DNA from: Gammaproteobacteria bacterium
Lineage (GTDB): Bacteria; Pseudomonadota; Gammaproteobacteria; DASZBR01
Assembly (NCBI GenBank): GCA_035943935.1
Contig: DASZBR010000006.1
Coordinates: forward strand, 67,633 to 131,632
Length of the DNA stretch: 64,000 nucleotides
Direction: 5' to 3'
Position numbers and translations under genes: made by a program
Shown here: positions 40,790 through 53,221 of the stretch, in pieces
Position numbering within the stretch: the stretch's first letter is position 1
Layout of the letters: every line of letters begins with the position of its first letter
The notes under the pieces: model-generated
The model's database searches: none
Seen by the model: the letters and a program-made list of their open reading frames with translations, nothing else
What the model was told of the DNA's origin: nothing

Positions 40790-41638
40790 GTGAATTTAAA
40801 AAATGTCGATTTGATTGGTTATGCATGTGGTTTGGCAGCAGGAAATCCCGGGTGCGCAGAGGGTCCCGTTCAACTTCAAACGGTGTTTGATCATCTGGAA
40901 TTATTATATCCCGCCCTCACAGAGTCACCCCAAGACAACTATCACCTTATTGCTGAGCTTTCTTTACGATTAGCGCAGCGTATCGAAAAAACACTTCAGC
41001 ACAAAAAGCAATTTATCGTCTTTGCGGGTGATCATTCGTGTGCCATAGGTACATGGAGTGGTGTGGCTCATGCACTTCGTGAAGAAAAAAAAGATTTTGG
41101 TTTGATTTGGATTGATGCACATTTAGATTCACATACACCTGAAACGTCTCCCTCTGGAAATATTCACGGCATGCCGGTTGCCAGTTTATTAGGACACGGA
41201 AATAAATTATTGACCTCTATTTTAAATAATCACCCTAAAATCAAACCTGAAAATATTTGTTTTATCGGCATACGTAGTTTTGAGAGGGGTGAAGAAGACT
41301 TAATCAAAAAATTAAATATTAAAACCTATTATATGCAAGAAGTAGACGAGAGAGGGTTGGATGCTGTGTTTAAAGAAGCCAAAGCAAGAATTACAAAAGA
41401 TACGGAATATTATGGCGTGAGTATCGATCTCGATGGCATTGATCCGGAAGATACGCCCGGTGTAGGAACGGCTGAACCCAATGGCATTAAAGCCGATGAT
41501 CTATGTAAAGCATTAAGGGAATATTGCCAACATGATCCAAAATTATTGGGCGCCGAAATTACGGAATTTAATCCCCATTTAGATATTAATCACAAAACAC
41601 AAGCTGTCATACGTCGTCTCGTTGCTGCGATATATTAG
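40790..41638 (+). CDS. rocF: Arginase-family ureohydrolase (arginase/agmatinase/formiminoglutamase)
   Basis: Mn-binding motifs DAHLDSHTPETSPSGNIHGMPVA and SIDLDGIDP. GTG start with a GGGAGAAGG RBS. Adjacent to rocD, which supports arginase. Confidence 0.7.
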   Translation: MNLKNVDLIGYACGLAAGNPGCAEGPVQLQTVFDHLELLYPALTESPQDNYHLIAELSLRLAQRIEKTLQHKKQFIVFAGDHSCAIGTWSGVAHALREEKKDFGLIWIDAHLDSHTPETSPSGNIHGMPVASLLGHGNKLLTSILNNHPKIKPENICFIGIRSFERGEEDLIKKLNIKTYYMQEVDERGLDAVFKEAKARITKDTEYYGVSIDLDGIDPEDTPGVGTAEPNGIKADDLCKALREYCQHDPKLLGAEITEFNPHLDINHKTQAVIRRLVAAIY

Positions 41639-41656
41639 ATATTATAGGAGAATACG

Positions 41657-42844
41657 ATGAGTCCTGTTGAACTTGAAAACAAATATGGTGCACATAATTA
41701 CCACCCGTTGCCTGTGATGATTACGCGCGCAGAAGGCGTGTATGTATGGGATGAGCACAATAAAAAATACATGGACATGATGAGCGCGTATTCCGCCATC
41801 AGTCATGGACATTGTCATCCCCGATTAGTTGCTGCGTTAACGAAACAAGCCAATACCGTGGCGGTTGTTTCACGTGCTTTCCACAGTGACAAATTAGGGC
41901 CTTTTTTACAGAAAGCCTGTGAATTAACGGGAATGCCTCGTGCATTACCCATGAATAGCGGAGCAGAAGCAGTAGAGACGGCATTGAAAGCAGCGCGTAA
42001 ATGGGCTTATCGTGTTAAAAAAGTTCCTGAAAATAAAGCAGAAATTATTGCGTGTGAAAATAATTTTCATGGTCGGACTATATCTATCGTTTCTATGTCT
42101 ACTGAGGCTCAGTATAAAGACGGCTTTGGACCGTTACTTCCCGGCATTAAAATTATTCCCTTTGGAGATAGTGCTGCGCTCGAGAAAGCAATTACGCCAA
42201 ATACCGCTGCATTTATTGTCGAGCCTATTCAAGGTGAAGCAGGAATTATTGTACCGCCAGCGGGATATTTAAAAGCGTGTGAGGCGATTTGTCGTAAGCA
42301 TAATGTCTTATTAATTACCGATGAAATTCAAACCGGTTTAGGTCGCACCGGTAAATTATTGGCATCACAACATGAAGGCGTAAAGCCAGATTGTATTACG
42401 TTGGGTAAAGCATTGGGTGGTGGATTAATGCCCGTATCTTTATTTTTATCACGAGAGGATGTCATGGATGTCTTTACGCCGGGGGATCATGGAAGTACTT
42501 TTGGGGGTAGTCCGCTCGCTGCAGCCGTGGGACTTGAAGCCTTAAATGTCATCGTTGATGAAAAATTAGTTCAGCATGCCCATGAGATGGGTGAATATTT
42601 TATGGCTGAGCTTAAAAAAATCCACTCACCCTTAATTAAAAATATCAGGGGCAAGGGATTATTGATTGGCATTGAAATTAATCCTGGAAAGAAATCTGCT
42701 CGTGATCTTTGTTTAGAATTATTAAACTTGGGATTATTGAGCAAAGAAACGCATCACACGGTAATAAGATTAGCTCCGCCGTTAATTATTACTAAAGCTC
42801 AAATTGATGAAGCCATTACTATGATTAAGCAGGTCATTAAATAA
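41657..42844 (+). CDS. rocD: Ornithine aminotransferase
   Basis: Class-III aminotransferase. YGAHNYHPLPV and DEIQTGLGRTGK motifs. Confidence 0.85.
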   Translation: MSPVELENKYGAHNYHPLPVMITRAEGVYVWDEHNKKYMDMMSAYSAISHGHCHPRLVAALTKQANTVAVVSRAFHSDKLGPFLQKACELTGMPRALPMNSGAEAVETALKAARKWAYRVKKVPENKAEIIACENNFHGRTISIVSMSTEAQYKDGFGPLLPGIKIIPFGDSAALEKAITPNTAAFIVEPIQGEAGIIVPPAGYLKACEAICRKHNVLLITDEIQTGLGRTGKLLASQHEGVKPDCITLGKALGGGLMPVSLFLSREDVMDVFTPGDHGSTFGGSPLAAAVGLEALNVIVDEKLVQHAHEMGEYFMAELKKIHSPLIKNIRGKGLLIGIEINPGKKSARDLCLELLNLGLLSKETHHTVIRLAPPLIITKAQIDEAITMIKQVIK

Positions 42845-42849
42845 TTAAT

Positions 42850-42993
42850 ATGCCTAAGGGTTTTAGTTTGTTAGAAGTTCTTATTGCTTTGACTATAGTA
42901 TCGATTAGCTTGTTGGGTTTTGCGCAATCAGAATTAGTGGCGTTAAAATTGGAAAAGGATTTGCAGAAAGAACTTCAGAAGTCTGTTGTCTGA
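42850..42993 (+). pseudogene. Truncated minor pilin (PilV-like) fragment, 47 codons
   Basis: MPKGFSLLEVLIALTIVSISLLGFA is a prepilin-type N-terminal cleavage/methylation domain. The frame ends in a TGA that lies at the edge of the palindromic element. Confidence 0.5.
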
Positions 42994-42994
42994 T

Positions 42995-43078
42995 CCCGGA
43001 TTCCGCTGCGCTCCATCCGGGCTACTATTACTTTTAAAAGATCGCCCGTAGCCCGGATGGAGCGCAGCGGAATCCGGG
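42995..43078. repeat. Perfect 31-bp-arm inverted repeat with a 22-nt loop (REP/MITE-like palindromic element)
   Basis: CCCGGATTCCGCTGCGCTCCATCCGGGCTAC at 42995-43025 and its exact reverse complement at 43048-43078. GC-rich relative to its surroundings. Confidence 0.8.
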
Positions 43079-43100
43079 AAATAATAATCATGGGACATTA

Positions 43101-43547
43101 ATGAGACCTAATCAACATGGCTTCTCTTTATTAGAAACGCTCTTCAGCTTAGCCATCAGCCTATTTTTAATCAGCCTGATGGTTAAACTCTATGGTCTGC
43201 AAGAGATTCTCCATTACGACGTACAACAGCTGAGCACTCTCAATCGGCAAGCCATAATTACGCGCCAAATTTTAAGTCATGCAGTAGAAAAAAATCAGGA
43301 AAAATATCTTTATATCAACAAAGATAATTTATACCTAAAAAAACCACATGATATTGCTGTCGAATTGGTATCGGGTGTCAAAAATCTCGTTATGACAAAG
43401 CATCAAGATAAAATCGATATTAAAATCACTGTTTTTATTCGAGGGAATAGTCATGAAACCAAAAGGCTTTATTCTAATAACAGCATTAATCTTCATTTTT
43501 TTGTTAAGCCTCGTTGCACTGTCGACGCTGGAAACGAGTGCGCATGA
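43101..43547 (+). CDS. Prepilin-type minor pilin (PilW/FimU-like), short
   Basis: QHGFSLLETLFSLAISLFLISL N-terminal methylation motif. 148 aa, shorter than typical PilW. Confidence 0.5.
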   Translation: MRPNQHGFSLLETLFSLAISLFLISLMVKLYGLQEILHYDVQQLSTLNRQAIITRQILSHAVEKNQEKYLYINKDNLYLKKPHDIAVELVSGVKNLVMTKHQDKIDIKITVFIRGNSHETKRLYSNNSINLHFFVKPRCTVDAGNECA

Positions 43548-43593
43548 CGCTCGCATTCAAAAGCGCTTTTATGATATCGTACGCACTTCGTGA
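43453..43593 (+). pseudogene. PilX-like minor pilin fragment (46 codons, overlapping frames)
   Basis: MKPKGFILITALIFIFLLSLVAL, a PilX-type N-terminus, in a frame that overlaps both neighbouring ORFs. Confidence 0.3.
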
Positions 43594-43618
43594 GACATGG
43601 AAAAAGGATGCGTGGGCA

Positions 43619-44410
43619 ATGAAACGAGCATTGGGTTTTGTTGGATTAATCAGCGTTGGATTAGTATTAACAGGATGTGATTACAATCGCTCCAAGCCTA
43701 CGTCGCAATTTCCATCAGAACAATCGTTTTATGTTCATGATCAAAGTCTCATGACGAGTGGAACCTACCCGTTAAGTCCTTTTGATAAAGTTGTGATGTC
43801 GGGTCCAGTGACCGCGGCTTTTAAAAACAATCAAGCACAAGATGTTATTCGGGTGAATGGAAATCCTTCTTCGCTGAATGGACTTTCTGTTGTTCAACGA
43901 GGTCGTATTGTTTATGTCAGTGCAACAGCAGGCCACCCTGTAAATATTGATGTTGAATCCCAAGCGGCACAATCACAGATACCACTCAATTTAGTCCTTT
44001 CGGGTAATACGCACACTAAAATGGAAGGCAACTTTTTAATTCAACGAATTGATGCATCGGGCAATGCGAATTTAAAACTGTATTGGTTAAATACCTCGCA
44101 TTTGACCGTTAATGCGAGCGGTAATGCTAAATTATTTTTGGCCGGTGTTGTGACGCATTTGGATGTAACAGCATCAGGCAATTCAGAAGTGAATGGTAAG
44201 TATTTACGCGTAGACGAATCTTACGTTCTGGCAAGGGATAATGCACAAGTCGGTGTCAGTGTGAAGAAAGCACTAGGTTCGCAATCGGTCGGTAACGCGA
44301 GTATTTATTATTATCGTTATCCAGAATTCGCAGGAATTTATCTTGGCGGTTCAGGTAGCGCGCTCAATATGAAGGGTATTTCAGGTCCGTCGAATAACCT
44401 CTTGGACTAA
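43619..44410 (+). CDS. Lipoprotein with DUF2807-like beta-helical repeats
   Basis: Lipobox signal MKRALGFVGLISVGLVLTGC. Repeated ..ASGNA.L.L motifs (DASGNANLKL, NASGNAKLFL, TASGNSEVNG). Confidence 0.55.
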   Translation: MKRALGFVGLISVGLVLTGCDYNRSKPTSQFPSEQSFYVHDQSLMTSGTYPLSPFDKVVMSGPVTAAFKNNQAQDVIRVNGNPSSLNGLSVVQRGRIVYVSATAGHPVNIDVESQAAQSQIPLNLVLSGNTHTKMEGNFLIQRIDASGNANLKLYWLNTSHLTVNASGNAKLFLAGVVTHLDVTASGNSEVNGKYLRVDESYVLARDNAQVGVSVKKALGSQSVGNASIYYYRYPEFAGIYLGGSGSALNMKGISGPSNNLLD

Positions 44411-45031
44411 CTTATCAATTCCAACGGATATTTCTGTAATTGATTTGCCTAACATAAAAGCGGGTGTTGTGACGACTTTGTGTTTGTCATCGACAACAAT
44501 ATTGGCGCAATCACACTCAGTATGTAAATTACCCATTTTTTCTAAAGCATGAGCGGTTGTTCTATCTGTCCCTATAGTCATTTTCACACCTTTGCCATAG
44601 ATATGGGAAATCAAATTAGGTGCAATGCAAATAAATCCGGCGGGTTTTTTCAGTTCAGCCATTTTTTTTGCGAAGGGTAGGATATGTGAGTCAATATGAC
44701 TTTTATCGCTTGCCGTACCAAAATCTGAAAGATTATTGGCGGCACCAAATCCGCCCGGAAATATGACGGCATCATAATCTGTGGGATTGGCATGGGCGAT
44801 ATCGATAATCTCACCACGCGCAAGTCGTGCGGATTCTACCAGGACATTACGTGTCTCGGACGATTCCTGTTTCGTTAAATGATTGGTCACTTTGCGTTGG
44901 GGAATATTAGGCGCCATGCATTGATATTTTGCACCGGCTTTTTCAATAGAAAGAAGGGTACAAACCGTCTCGTAGATTTCACTTCCATCTGAAACGCCGC
45001 ATCCGGATAACACTACTGCGATGGTTTTCAT
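44381..45031 (-). CDS. elbB: DJ-1/PfpI-family glyoxalase ElbB
   Basis: High similarity to E. coli ElbB (IAVVLSGCGV.DGSEI, PGGFGAA.NLS.F, IGTD). Confidence 0.85.
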   Translation of the reverse strand: MKTIAVVLSGCGVSDGSEIYETVCTLLSIEKAGAKYQCMAPNIPQRKVTNHLTKQESSETRNVLVESARLARGEIIDIAHANPTDYDAVIFPGGFGAANNLSDFGTASDKSHIDSHILPFAKKMAELKKPAGFICIAPNLISHIYGKGVKMTIGTDRTTAHALEKMGNLHTECDCANIVVDDKHKVVTTPAFMLGKSITEISVGIDKLVQEVIRRT

Positions 45032-45074
45032 GCCATAATCTCCCTGATTTAATTTGATGGGGCATGATAAAGCA

Positions 45075-46064
45075 ATGCGTGTTTTGGGTATAGAGAGCTC
45101 CTGTGACGAAACCGGTTTAGCTATCTACGATAGCGAACAGGGTTTGCTCGCGCACGGTTTATATTCCCAAACGGATATGCATGCAAAATACGGTGGTGTC
45201 GTTCCCGAATTAGCGTCACGTGATCATATTCAAAGACTCATACCCTTATTAAAGTCTGTATTAAAAAAATCCAATTTAAATTTAAAAGATATTTCAGCCG
45301 TTGCATACACAGCAGGTCCTGGATTAATTGGCGCTTTATTAGTTGGCGCTTCGTTTGGACGAAGCTTAGCGTGGAGTTTAAATATTCCGGCAGTCGCTAT
45401 CCATCACATGGAAGGCCATCTATTAGCGCCGTTATTAGAAACGCCATCACCAGAATTTCCGTTTATCGCATTATTAGTATCGGGTGGACATACGCAATTA
45501 GTTCATGTTCAAAATATAGGCCAATATAAAATTATTGGAGACACTCTTGATGATGCAGTTGGTGAAGCATTTGATAAAGTCGCAAAATTATTGGGTTTAG
45601 ATTATCCGGGTGGTGCAGCACTTTCTGCATTAGCCAAAAAGGGAAATCCTAAAGCGATTAAATTCAGTCGACCCATGACGGATAGACCTGGATTAGATTT
45701 TAGTTTTAGTGGACTTAAAACTCAGTTTTTAAATCAATTTCAACAACAAAAATATTCTCCGGAAGATTTGGCGGCGAGTTTTCAAGAGGCTGTAGTCGAT
45801 ACTTTAGTTATAAAATGTAAAAGGGCGCTCGAAGATAATTTTTTAAATCAGTTAGTTGTCGCGGGCGGCGTGAGTGCAAATACTTTATTACGTCAAAAAC
45901 TGGACCAGTTATTACATAAATTAGATGGCAAGGTTTTTTATCCGCGACAAGAGTTCTGTACTGATAATGGTGCGATGATTGCGTTTGCGGGTTATAAACG
46001 TTTAGCGATGGGCCAAGATGATAATTTGCAGATTAAAGCAAAGGCGCGCTGGGAGATGACTTAA
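45075..46064 (+). CDS. tsaD: tRNA N6-adenosine threonylcarbamoyltransferase
   Basis: [20 protein letters not shown]-terminus, His-His metal motif. Confidence 0.9.
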   Translation: MRVLGIESSCDETGLAIYDSEQGLLAHGLYSQTDMHAKYGGVVPELASRDHIQRLIPLLKSVLKKSNLNLKDISAVAYTAGPGLIGALLVGASFGRSLAWSLNIPAVAIHHMEGHLLAPLLETPSPEFPFIALLVSGGHTQLVHVQNIGQYKIIGDTLDDAVGEAFDKVAKLLGLDYPGGAALSALAKKGNPKAIKFSRPMTDRPGLDFSFSGLKTQFLNQFQQQKYSPEDLAASFQEAVVDTLVIKCKRALEDNFLNQLVVAGGVSANTLLRQKLDQLLHKLDGKVFYPRQEFCTDNGAMIAFAGYKRLAMGQDDNLQIKAKARWEMT

Positions 46065-48126
46065 TTCTGCATAAAGAGCTTAAATCACACATGCGGCACG
46101 TTTCTTCGCCATATTTAGGCTGAACTTTTGCATTGCCGCTTAAAAAATCATCGGCTATTTTTAATAATTCTTGTTCCCACAGATTTTTCATATCTTTAAC
46201 AGCAATTTCTTTTAATTTGCTATTACCCGTTCTCAAATAAGCATAGGCGATATTATCGACAGAAACGGCGCTTAATATTGCATATAACGGCAATTGGGGT
46301 TCATCGAGATAATCACCGCGAATATCATATTGGCTGGTTTTATAGTCTATTATTAGATATTTATTCTCGGCTATTTTATCTATGCGGTCTATTCTCAATT
46401 TTAAGGGGAGTTTGCCGAGATGAGTTTCTAGGGTTTGTTCTGTCGCAATCACCACAAAATCTTCGCGTTTTTTCTCGAGATCAATCCAATCTAACATTAA
46501 TTTTTGTAATCTAGCTTTTTCGGCCAGAATAAAAATTTCCTGAGTCGTTTTAGCAAACTTATTTAGGCTGTTATTAATTAAGCTGTCTATTAAATCACCT
46601 AATTTATCTTGAGGATAAGTTATTAATATTTGTTTAGATTGAACGGCTTTCCAGAAATTTTCTAATACTTGATGAACTAAATTGCCGCGTTGAAGGGCCG
46701 TAAATCCCATTTGCGGTAATTCTTCTTTTTGAGCATTCAGTCTATGTTTTGCAAAAGCTCTAAACGGACAGGCGATGTGATCTTTAAATATTTGGCTGCC
46801 GCGGTGGTGTAAATGATTGAGATCTACTGGAACGTTTTCGTCAACGGGTGCGACGAATTGTGCTCCTACAACTGGCTGCGGCCAGATTAAATTAATCTTT
46901 ACCTCAGCAATATCTTTTAATATATCAGCGGGAATTAAAGTCTCGTCGCGGTTTTGTTGTGGATAACTGAAAATAATCTCATCTGCGTTTTTTGTAAAAT
47001 CACGTGTCTCTGATACCGTATGAGGGAATGGTAGAAAAGGATTGGTTCGAGATTTATTAGGCCAATTTCTATTGTCCATGCCTGCGACCCATAATTTATC
47101 AAACAGCAAACCCTTTGATTCCAGCAAGCTTAATATATGTATATTAGCTGTTTTAGACGCTGTTACTTGAAAAGGTATTCGGCTGCATAAACTCGATAAT
47201 TCTGAAAAAGCTTCCTGATAATTTAATTTTTTATTTATAAAGTCATAGTTTTTATAGGTTTTAAATATGTCTTTTAATTTTTCAGACAACTGAAATTCTT
47301 CGTTATTAAGCGGTCGAGTTCCGGGGAATCCTGAATTATCTAATTGGCGTTGAAAACTTTCTGCCCATTCACTCGGGCGCAGTGAAGTAGCTTCAGGTTT
47401 TAAGCTGGATAGTGCATCTTGTATAAAGTAGTAGTCTCCGAACTTTTTGACCGCAGACATCGTATAGGCTTTACGGTCATCTATAATAGTGTTGAAGTAG
47501 TACTCCAGCTTATCTCGATGGGTTTCTAAATCAGGTATAACACAAGCTGTTTGTATGGTTTTAGGCTGAGAACTTGCCCACAAAACCATAGTTTTTAGTT
47601 CCATTTCGCTATCAGGAAAGAGCGCTTTTGAGATTTTTTGACTACTACGCTCTAGAGTTATCCGCTCACAGTGACCCAGTACTTTTTGTTCCAGTGGGGT
47701 AAGGTCAGTGAACCCGACTAAGCCCGTTCTCTCCGGGAGTACTGATTTGGCCATGACCTGACCTAAATCCGTGAGATTATTTCTACGGTAGTAGTCCTCT
47801 ATAAGGAGCGCGATGGATTGAAACAGCTGGGTGTCGTCGTTTTTATTGAAGAGAGGATCGTGAATAGAGATTCTATGTTGAGTACACACGTGCCAGGCTG
47901 ACTGTATTAAAGCCGCCAAACCCAGGTATTCCGGGCTATTTTCAGCAATCAGGGTCTTTATGAGCAGCAGCTGCTGATGAGAATTGAGTAAAGTTTGGGT
48001 GGATTGACTCTCCAGAAACGCCTTTTCAAGCCATTGAGAGAGAGAATAAACGGGAATAGACAAATTTAATGACGCAGAAAGCCTATGATTTGTCGTCAAA
48101 ATCAGATCATATCCACTAAAATCCAT
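46033..48126 (-). CDS. PD-(D/E)XK nuclease-family protein, AddB-like 'probable DNA repair protein' with a C-terminal Cys cluster
   Basis: C-terminal RecB-type nuclease motif YLIIDYKTS and a terminal [11 protein letters not shown]e-S-like cysteine cluster. 697 aa. No helicase partner adjacent. Confidence 0.55.
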   Translation of the reverse strand: MDFSGYDLILTTNHRLSASLNLSIPVYSLSQWLEKAFLESQSTQTLLNSHQQLLLIKTLIAENSPEYLGLAALIQSAWHVCTQHRISIHDPLFNKNDDTQLFQSIALLIEDYYRRNNLTDLGQVMAKSVLPERTGLVGFTDLTPLEQKVLGHCERITLERSSQKISKALFPDSEMELKTMVLWASSQPKTIQTACVIPDLETHRDKLEYYFNTIIDDRKAYTMSAVKKFGDYYFIQDALSSLKPEATSLRPSEWAESFQRQLDNSGFPGTRPLNNEEFQLSEKLKDIFKTYKNYDFINKKLNYQEAFSELSSLCSRIPFQVTASKTANIHILSLLESKGLLFDKLWVAGMDNRNWPNKSRTNPFLPFPHTVSETRDFTKNADEIIFSYPQQNRDETLIPADILKDIAEVKINLIWPQPVVGAQFVAPVDENVPVDLNHLHHRGSQIFKDHIACPFRAFAKHRLNAQKEELPQMGFTALQRGNLVHQVLENFWKAVQSKQILITYPQDKLGDLIDSLINNSLNKFAKTTQEIFILAEKARLQKLMLDWIDLEKKREDFVVIATEQTLETHLGKLPLKLRIDRIDKIAENKYLIIDYKTSQYDIRGDYLDEPQLPLYAILSAVSVDNIAYAYLRTGNSKLKEIAVKDMKNLWEQELLKIADDFLSGNAKVQPKYGEETCRMCDLSSLCRIKSSPSAPLL

Positions 48127-48278
48127 GGCTTTCCTCAGGTTTTTAAATCAGGTTGTTTAGAATGCTTTATGTTATCTCTAAGATGTTGATATATATAGAG
48201 AAAACGGCTGTTGGCTAGTTTTTAGCCACTTTGTTTTAAACCGCTATTTTATCGCGATTTTCATTCCTTTTTCTGATT

Positions 48279-48313
48279 TTGTCCACAAAGTTATCCACAG
48301 ATCTTGTGAATAC
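48279..48313. promoter_or_regulatory. Cluster of DnaA-box-like 9-mers upstream of rplU
   Basis: TTATCCACA (48291-48299), a perfect consensus. TTGTCCACA (48279-48287, 1 mismatch). Inverted GTATTCACA (48305-48313, 8/9). Confidence 0.45.
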
Positions 48314-48322
48314 TTTCAACAG

Positions 48323-48351
48323 TTGCAGATTGGGAAGCGATTGCGTAGAAT
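48323..48351 (+). promoter_or_regulatory. Putative sigma70 promoter of rplU-rpmA-obg (TTGCAG-17-TAGAAT)
   Basis: -35 TTGCAG 48323-48328, 17-nt spacer, -10 TAGAAT 48346-48351, about 40 nt before the rplU ATG. Confidence 0.5.
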
Positions 48352-48392
48352 GCGGCTCTCAAATTTTTAATATAACAGGATGAATCTTCCTC

Positions 48393-48701
48393 ATGTACGC
48401 AGTGATCCAAACCGGTGGTAAACAGTATCGCGTTTCTGAAGGCCAAGTATTAAAGGTCGAAAAATTGGACGTCGAAATTGGTAAAACAGTCGAATTTAAC
48501 AATGTGCTCATGATTTCCAATGATGCTGGCTTAAGAGTTGGCGCGCCTTATGTTGATGGCAGCAAGGTCATTGCGAATGTGGTGGGTGAAGGCCGACACG
48601 ACAAAATCAGAATTATTAAGTTCCGTCGCCGTAAACACTATCGTAAGCAACAAGGGCATCGTCAGTATTTTACGACGCTCGAAATTAAAAGCATTAGCTA
48701 G
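48393..48701 (+). CDS. rplU: 50S ribosomal protein L21
   Basis: [14 protein letters not shown], the conserved L21 start. Confidence 0.95.
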   Translation: MYAVIQTGGKQYRVSEGQVLKVEKLDVEIGKTVEFNNVLMISNDAGLRVGAPYVDGSKVIANVVGEGRHDKIRIIKFRRRKHYRKQQGHRQYFTTLEIKSIS

Positions 48702-48726
48702 TTATAATTTATTAGGGGTATAGGTC

Positions 48727-49011
48727 ATGGCAACAAAAAAAGCCGGTGGTAGTACACAAAATGGTCGCGATTCAAATCCTAAGTATTTAGGTGTTAAACG
48801 CTTCGGCGGCGAACTCGTTAGAGCGGGCAATATTATCGTTCGTCAACGTGGTACACGTAAACATCCGGGCAAGCATGTTGGTATGGGCCGTGATCATACA
48901 TTGTATGCATTGGTTGATGGCCATGTTGAATTCAAAATTAGCGGTGAGTTGAACAAGCAGTACGTTAATATTATTCCCGTTTCACCTGAGGTTTCTCCTG
49001 TTACAGAATAG
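48727..49011 (+). CDS. rpmA: 50S ribosomal protein L27
   Basis: [25 protein letters not shown]27. Confidence 0.95.
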   Translation: MATKKAGGSTQNGRDSNPKYLGVKRFGGELVRAGNIIVRQRGTRKHPGKHVGMGRDHTLYALVDGHVEFKISGELNKQYVNIIPVSPEVSPVTE

Positions 49012-49029
49012 TTGTTCTTTGGTGTTCCC

Positions 49030-50061
49030 ATGAAATTCGTTGATGAAGCCACGATTAAAGTCACCGCCGGAAAAGGCGGTGATGGATCGGCGAGTTTTCG
49101 TCGTGAGAAATTTATTCCTTTCGGTGGTCCCAATGGCGGTGATGGTGGCGATGGCGGAAGTGTTTATCTGATTGCTGATAGCGCCATTAATACACTCGTT
49201 GATTTTAGATACCAACGCGAACACAGAGCAAAATCTGGCGAAAAAGGTGGTGGGGCAGAATGTACTGGAAGAGGCGGAGAAGATTTAATTATTCCCGTGC
49301 CTGTTGGAACCTTAGTCTATGACATCGAAACACAAGAATTGTTAGGTGATCTCAAAACAGCGGGCGAAAAATTATTAGTCGCACGTGGTGGATTTCACGG
49401 ATTAGGCAATACCAGATTTAAAAGCAGTGTAAACAGAGCACCGAGACAATTTACCAAAGGCAAAATGGGTGACATACGCAAATTAAAATTAGAATTAAAA
49501 GTGTTAGCTGATGTGGGATTATTAGGTTTACCCAATGCGGGAAAATCGACTTTTATTCGATCAGTTTCAGCGGCAAAACCCAAAGTCGCTGATTATCCAT
49601 TTACTACGCTATATCCTAATTTAGGTGTCGTTTCAGTTTCTGCTCACAGAAGTTTTGTAATCGCAGATATTCCGGGTTTAATAGAAGGCGCCGCAGAAGG
49701 TGCTGGTTTGGGAATACAATTTTTAAAGCATCTTCAACGCACGCATGTGTTATTACATATTGTCGATATTGCGCCACAAGACGAGACTGATCCTATTATT
49801 TCTGCTAAGCAAATTATTAATGAGCTTAAAAAATTTAACGCTGATTTATTAAAAAAACCGCGTTGGTTAGTCTTAAATAAAATTGATTTGATGCCAGAAG
49901 ATGACGCGGCAAAAGAAGCAAAGCGCATTATTAAGGGCTTAGCCTGGAAAGGGCCTGTGTATAAAATTTCAGCGCTCGCTGGAATTGGAACAAGTGAACT
50001 CACAAAAGATCTCATGGACTTTATTGAAAAAAACCGCGAAGAGAATGCTATACTGCAATAA
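49030..50061 (+). CDS. obg: GTPase Obg/CgtA
   Basis: MKFVDEA N-terminus, Gly-rich Obg fold, G1 GLPNAGKST. Start at the internal ATG 49030. Confidence 0.9.
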   Translation: MKFVDEATIKVTAGKGGDGSASFRREKFIPFGGPNGGDGGDGGSVYLIADSAINTLVDFRYQREHRAKSGEKGGGAECTGRGGEDLIIPVPVGTLVYDIETQELLGDLKTAGEKLLVARGGFHGLGNTRFKSSVNRAPRQFTKGKMGDIRKLKLELKVLADVGLLGLPNAGKSTFIRSVSAAKPKVADYPFTTLYPNLGVVSVSAHRSFVIADIPGLIEGAAEGAGLGIQFLKHLQRTHVLLHIVDIAPQDETDPIISAKQIINELKKFNADLLKKPRWLVLNKIDLMPEDDAAKEAKRIIKGLAWKGPVYKISALAGIGTSELTKDLMDFIEKNREENAILQ

Positions 50062-50112
50062 ATTTAGCGCGTCATAAAATTGCGTATGTGAAATCGGTAA
50101 AAAGGATCGTGT

Positions 50113-52915
<2,803 letters not shown>

Positions 52916-53221
52916 TAATTTTTGTTTTTTTGTCTCGGTATTTTCGGGGGATTGTGCAAAAGTTTTTTCGAGTCTCTCTCGATGTTGTTTTCGACGAATT
53001 TTTATTTTTTCTGAATCATACAGCTGTTCAGGAATTTCAATTATTTTAATGCAATCCACAGGGCAGGGTGCTACACACAATTCACAACCGGTACATTCAG
53101 TTTCTAATACGGTATGCATTTGTTTGTTCGCGCCGATGATGGCATCGAAGGGGCAAAATTGAAGACATTTTGTGCAGCCGATGCATTCTGATTCTGTGAT
53201 AATGGCTAATTTAAATGTCAT

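Noticed and set aside
43101-44410. Single long ORF-track frame 43514-44410 starting at MHCRRWKRVRM
   Set aside because: The first 35 codons overlap the PilW-like and PilX-like frames and lack signal-peptide character. The lipoprotein signal MKRALGFVGLISVGLVLTGC begins at ATG 43619, so the CDS was called from there.
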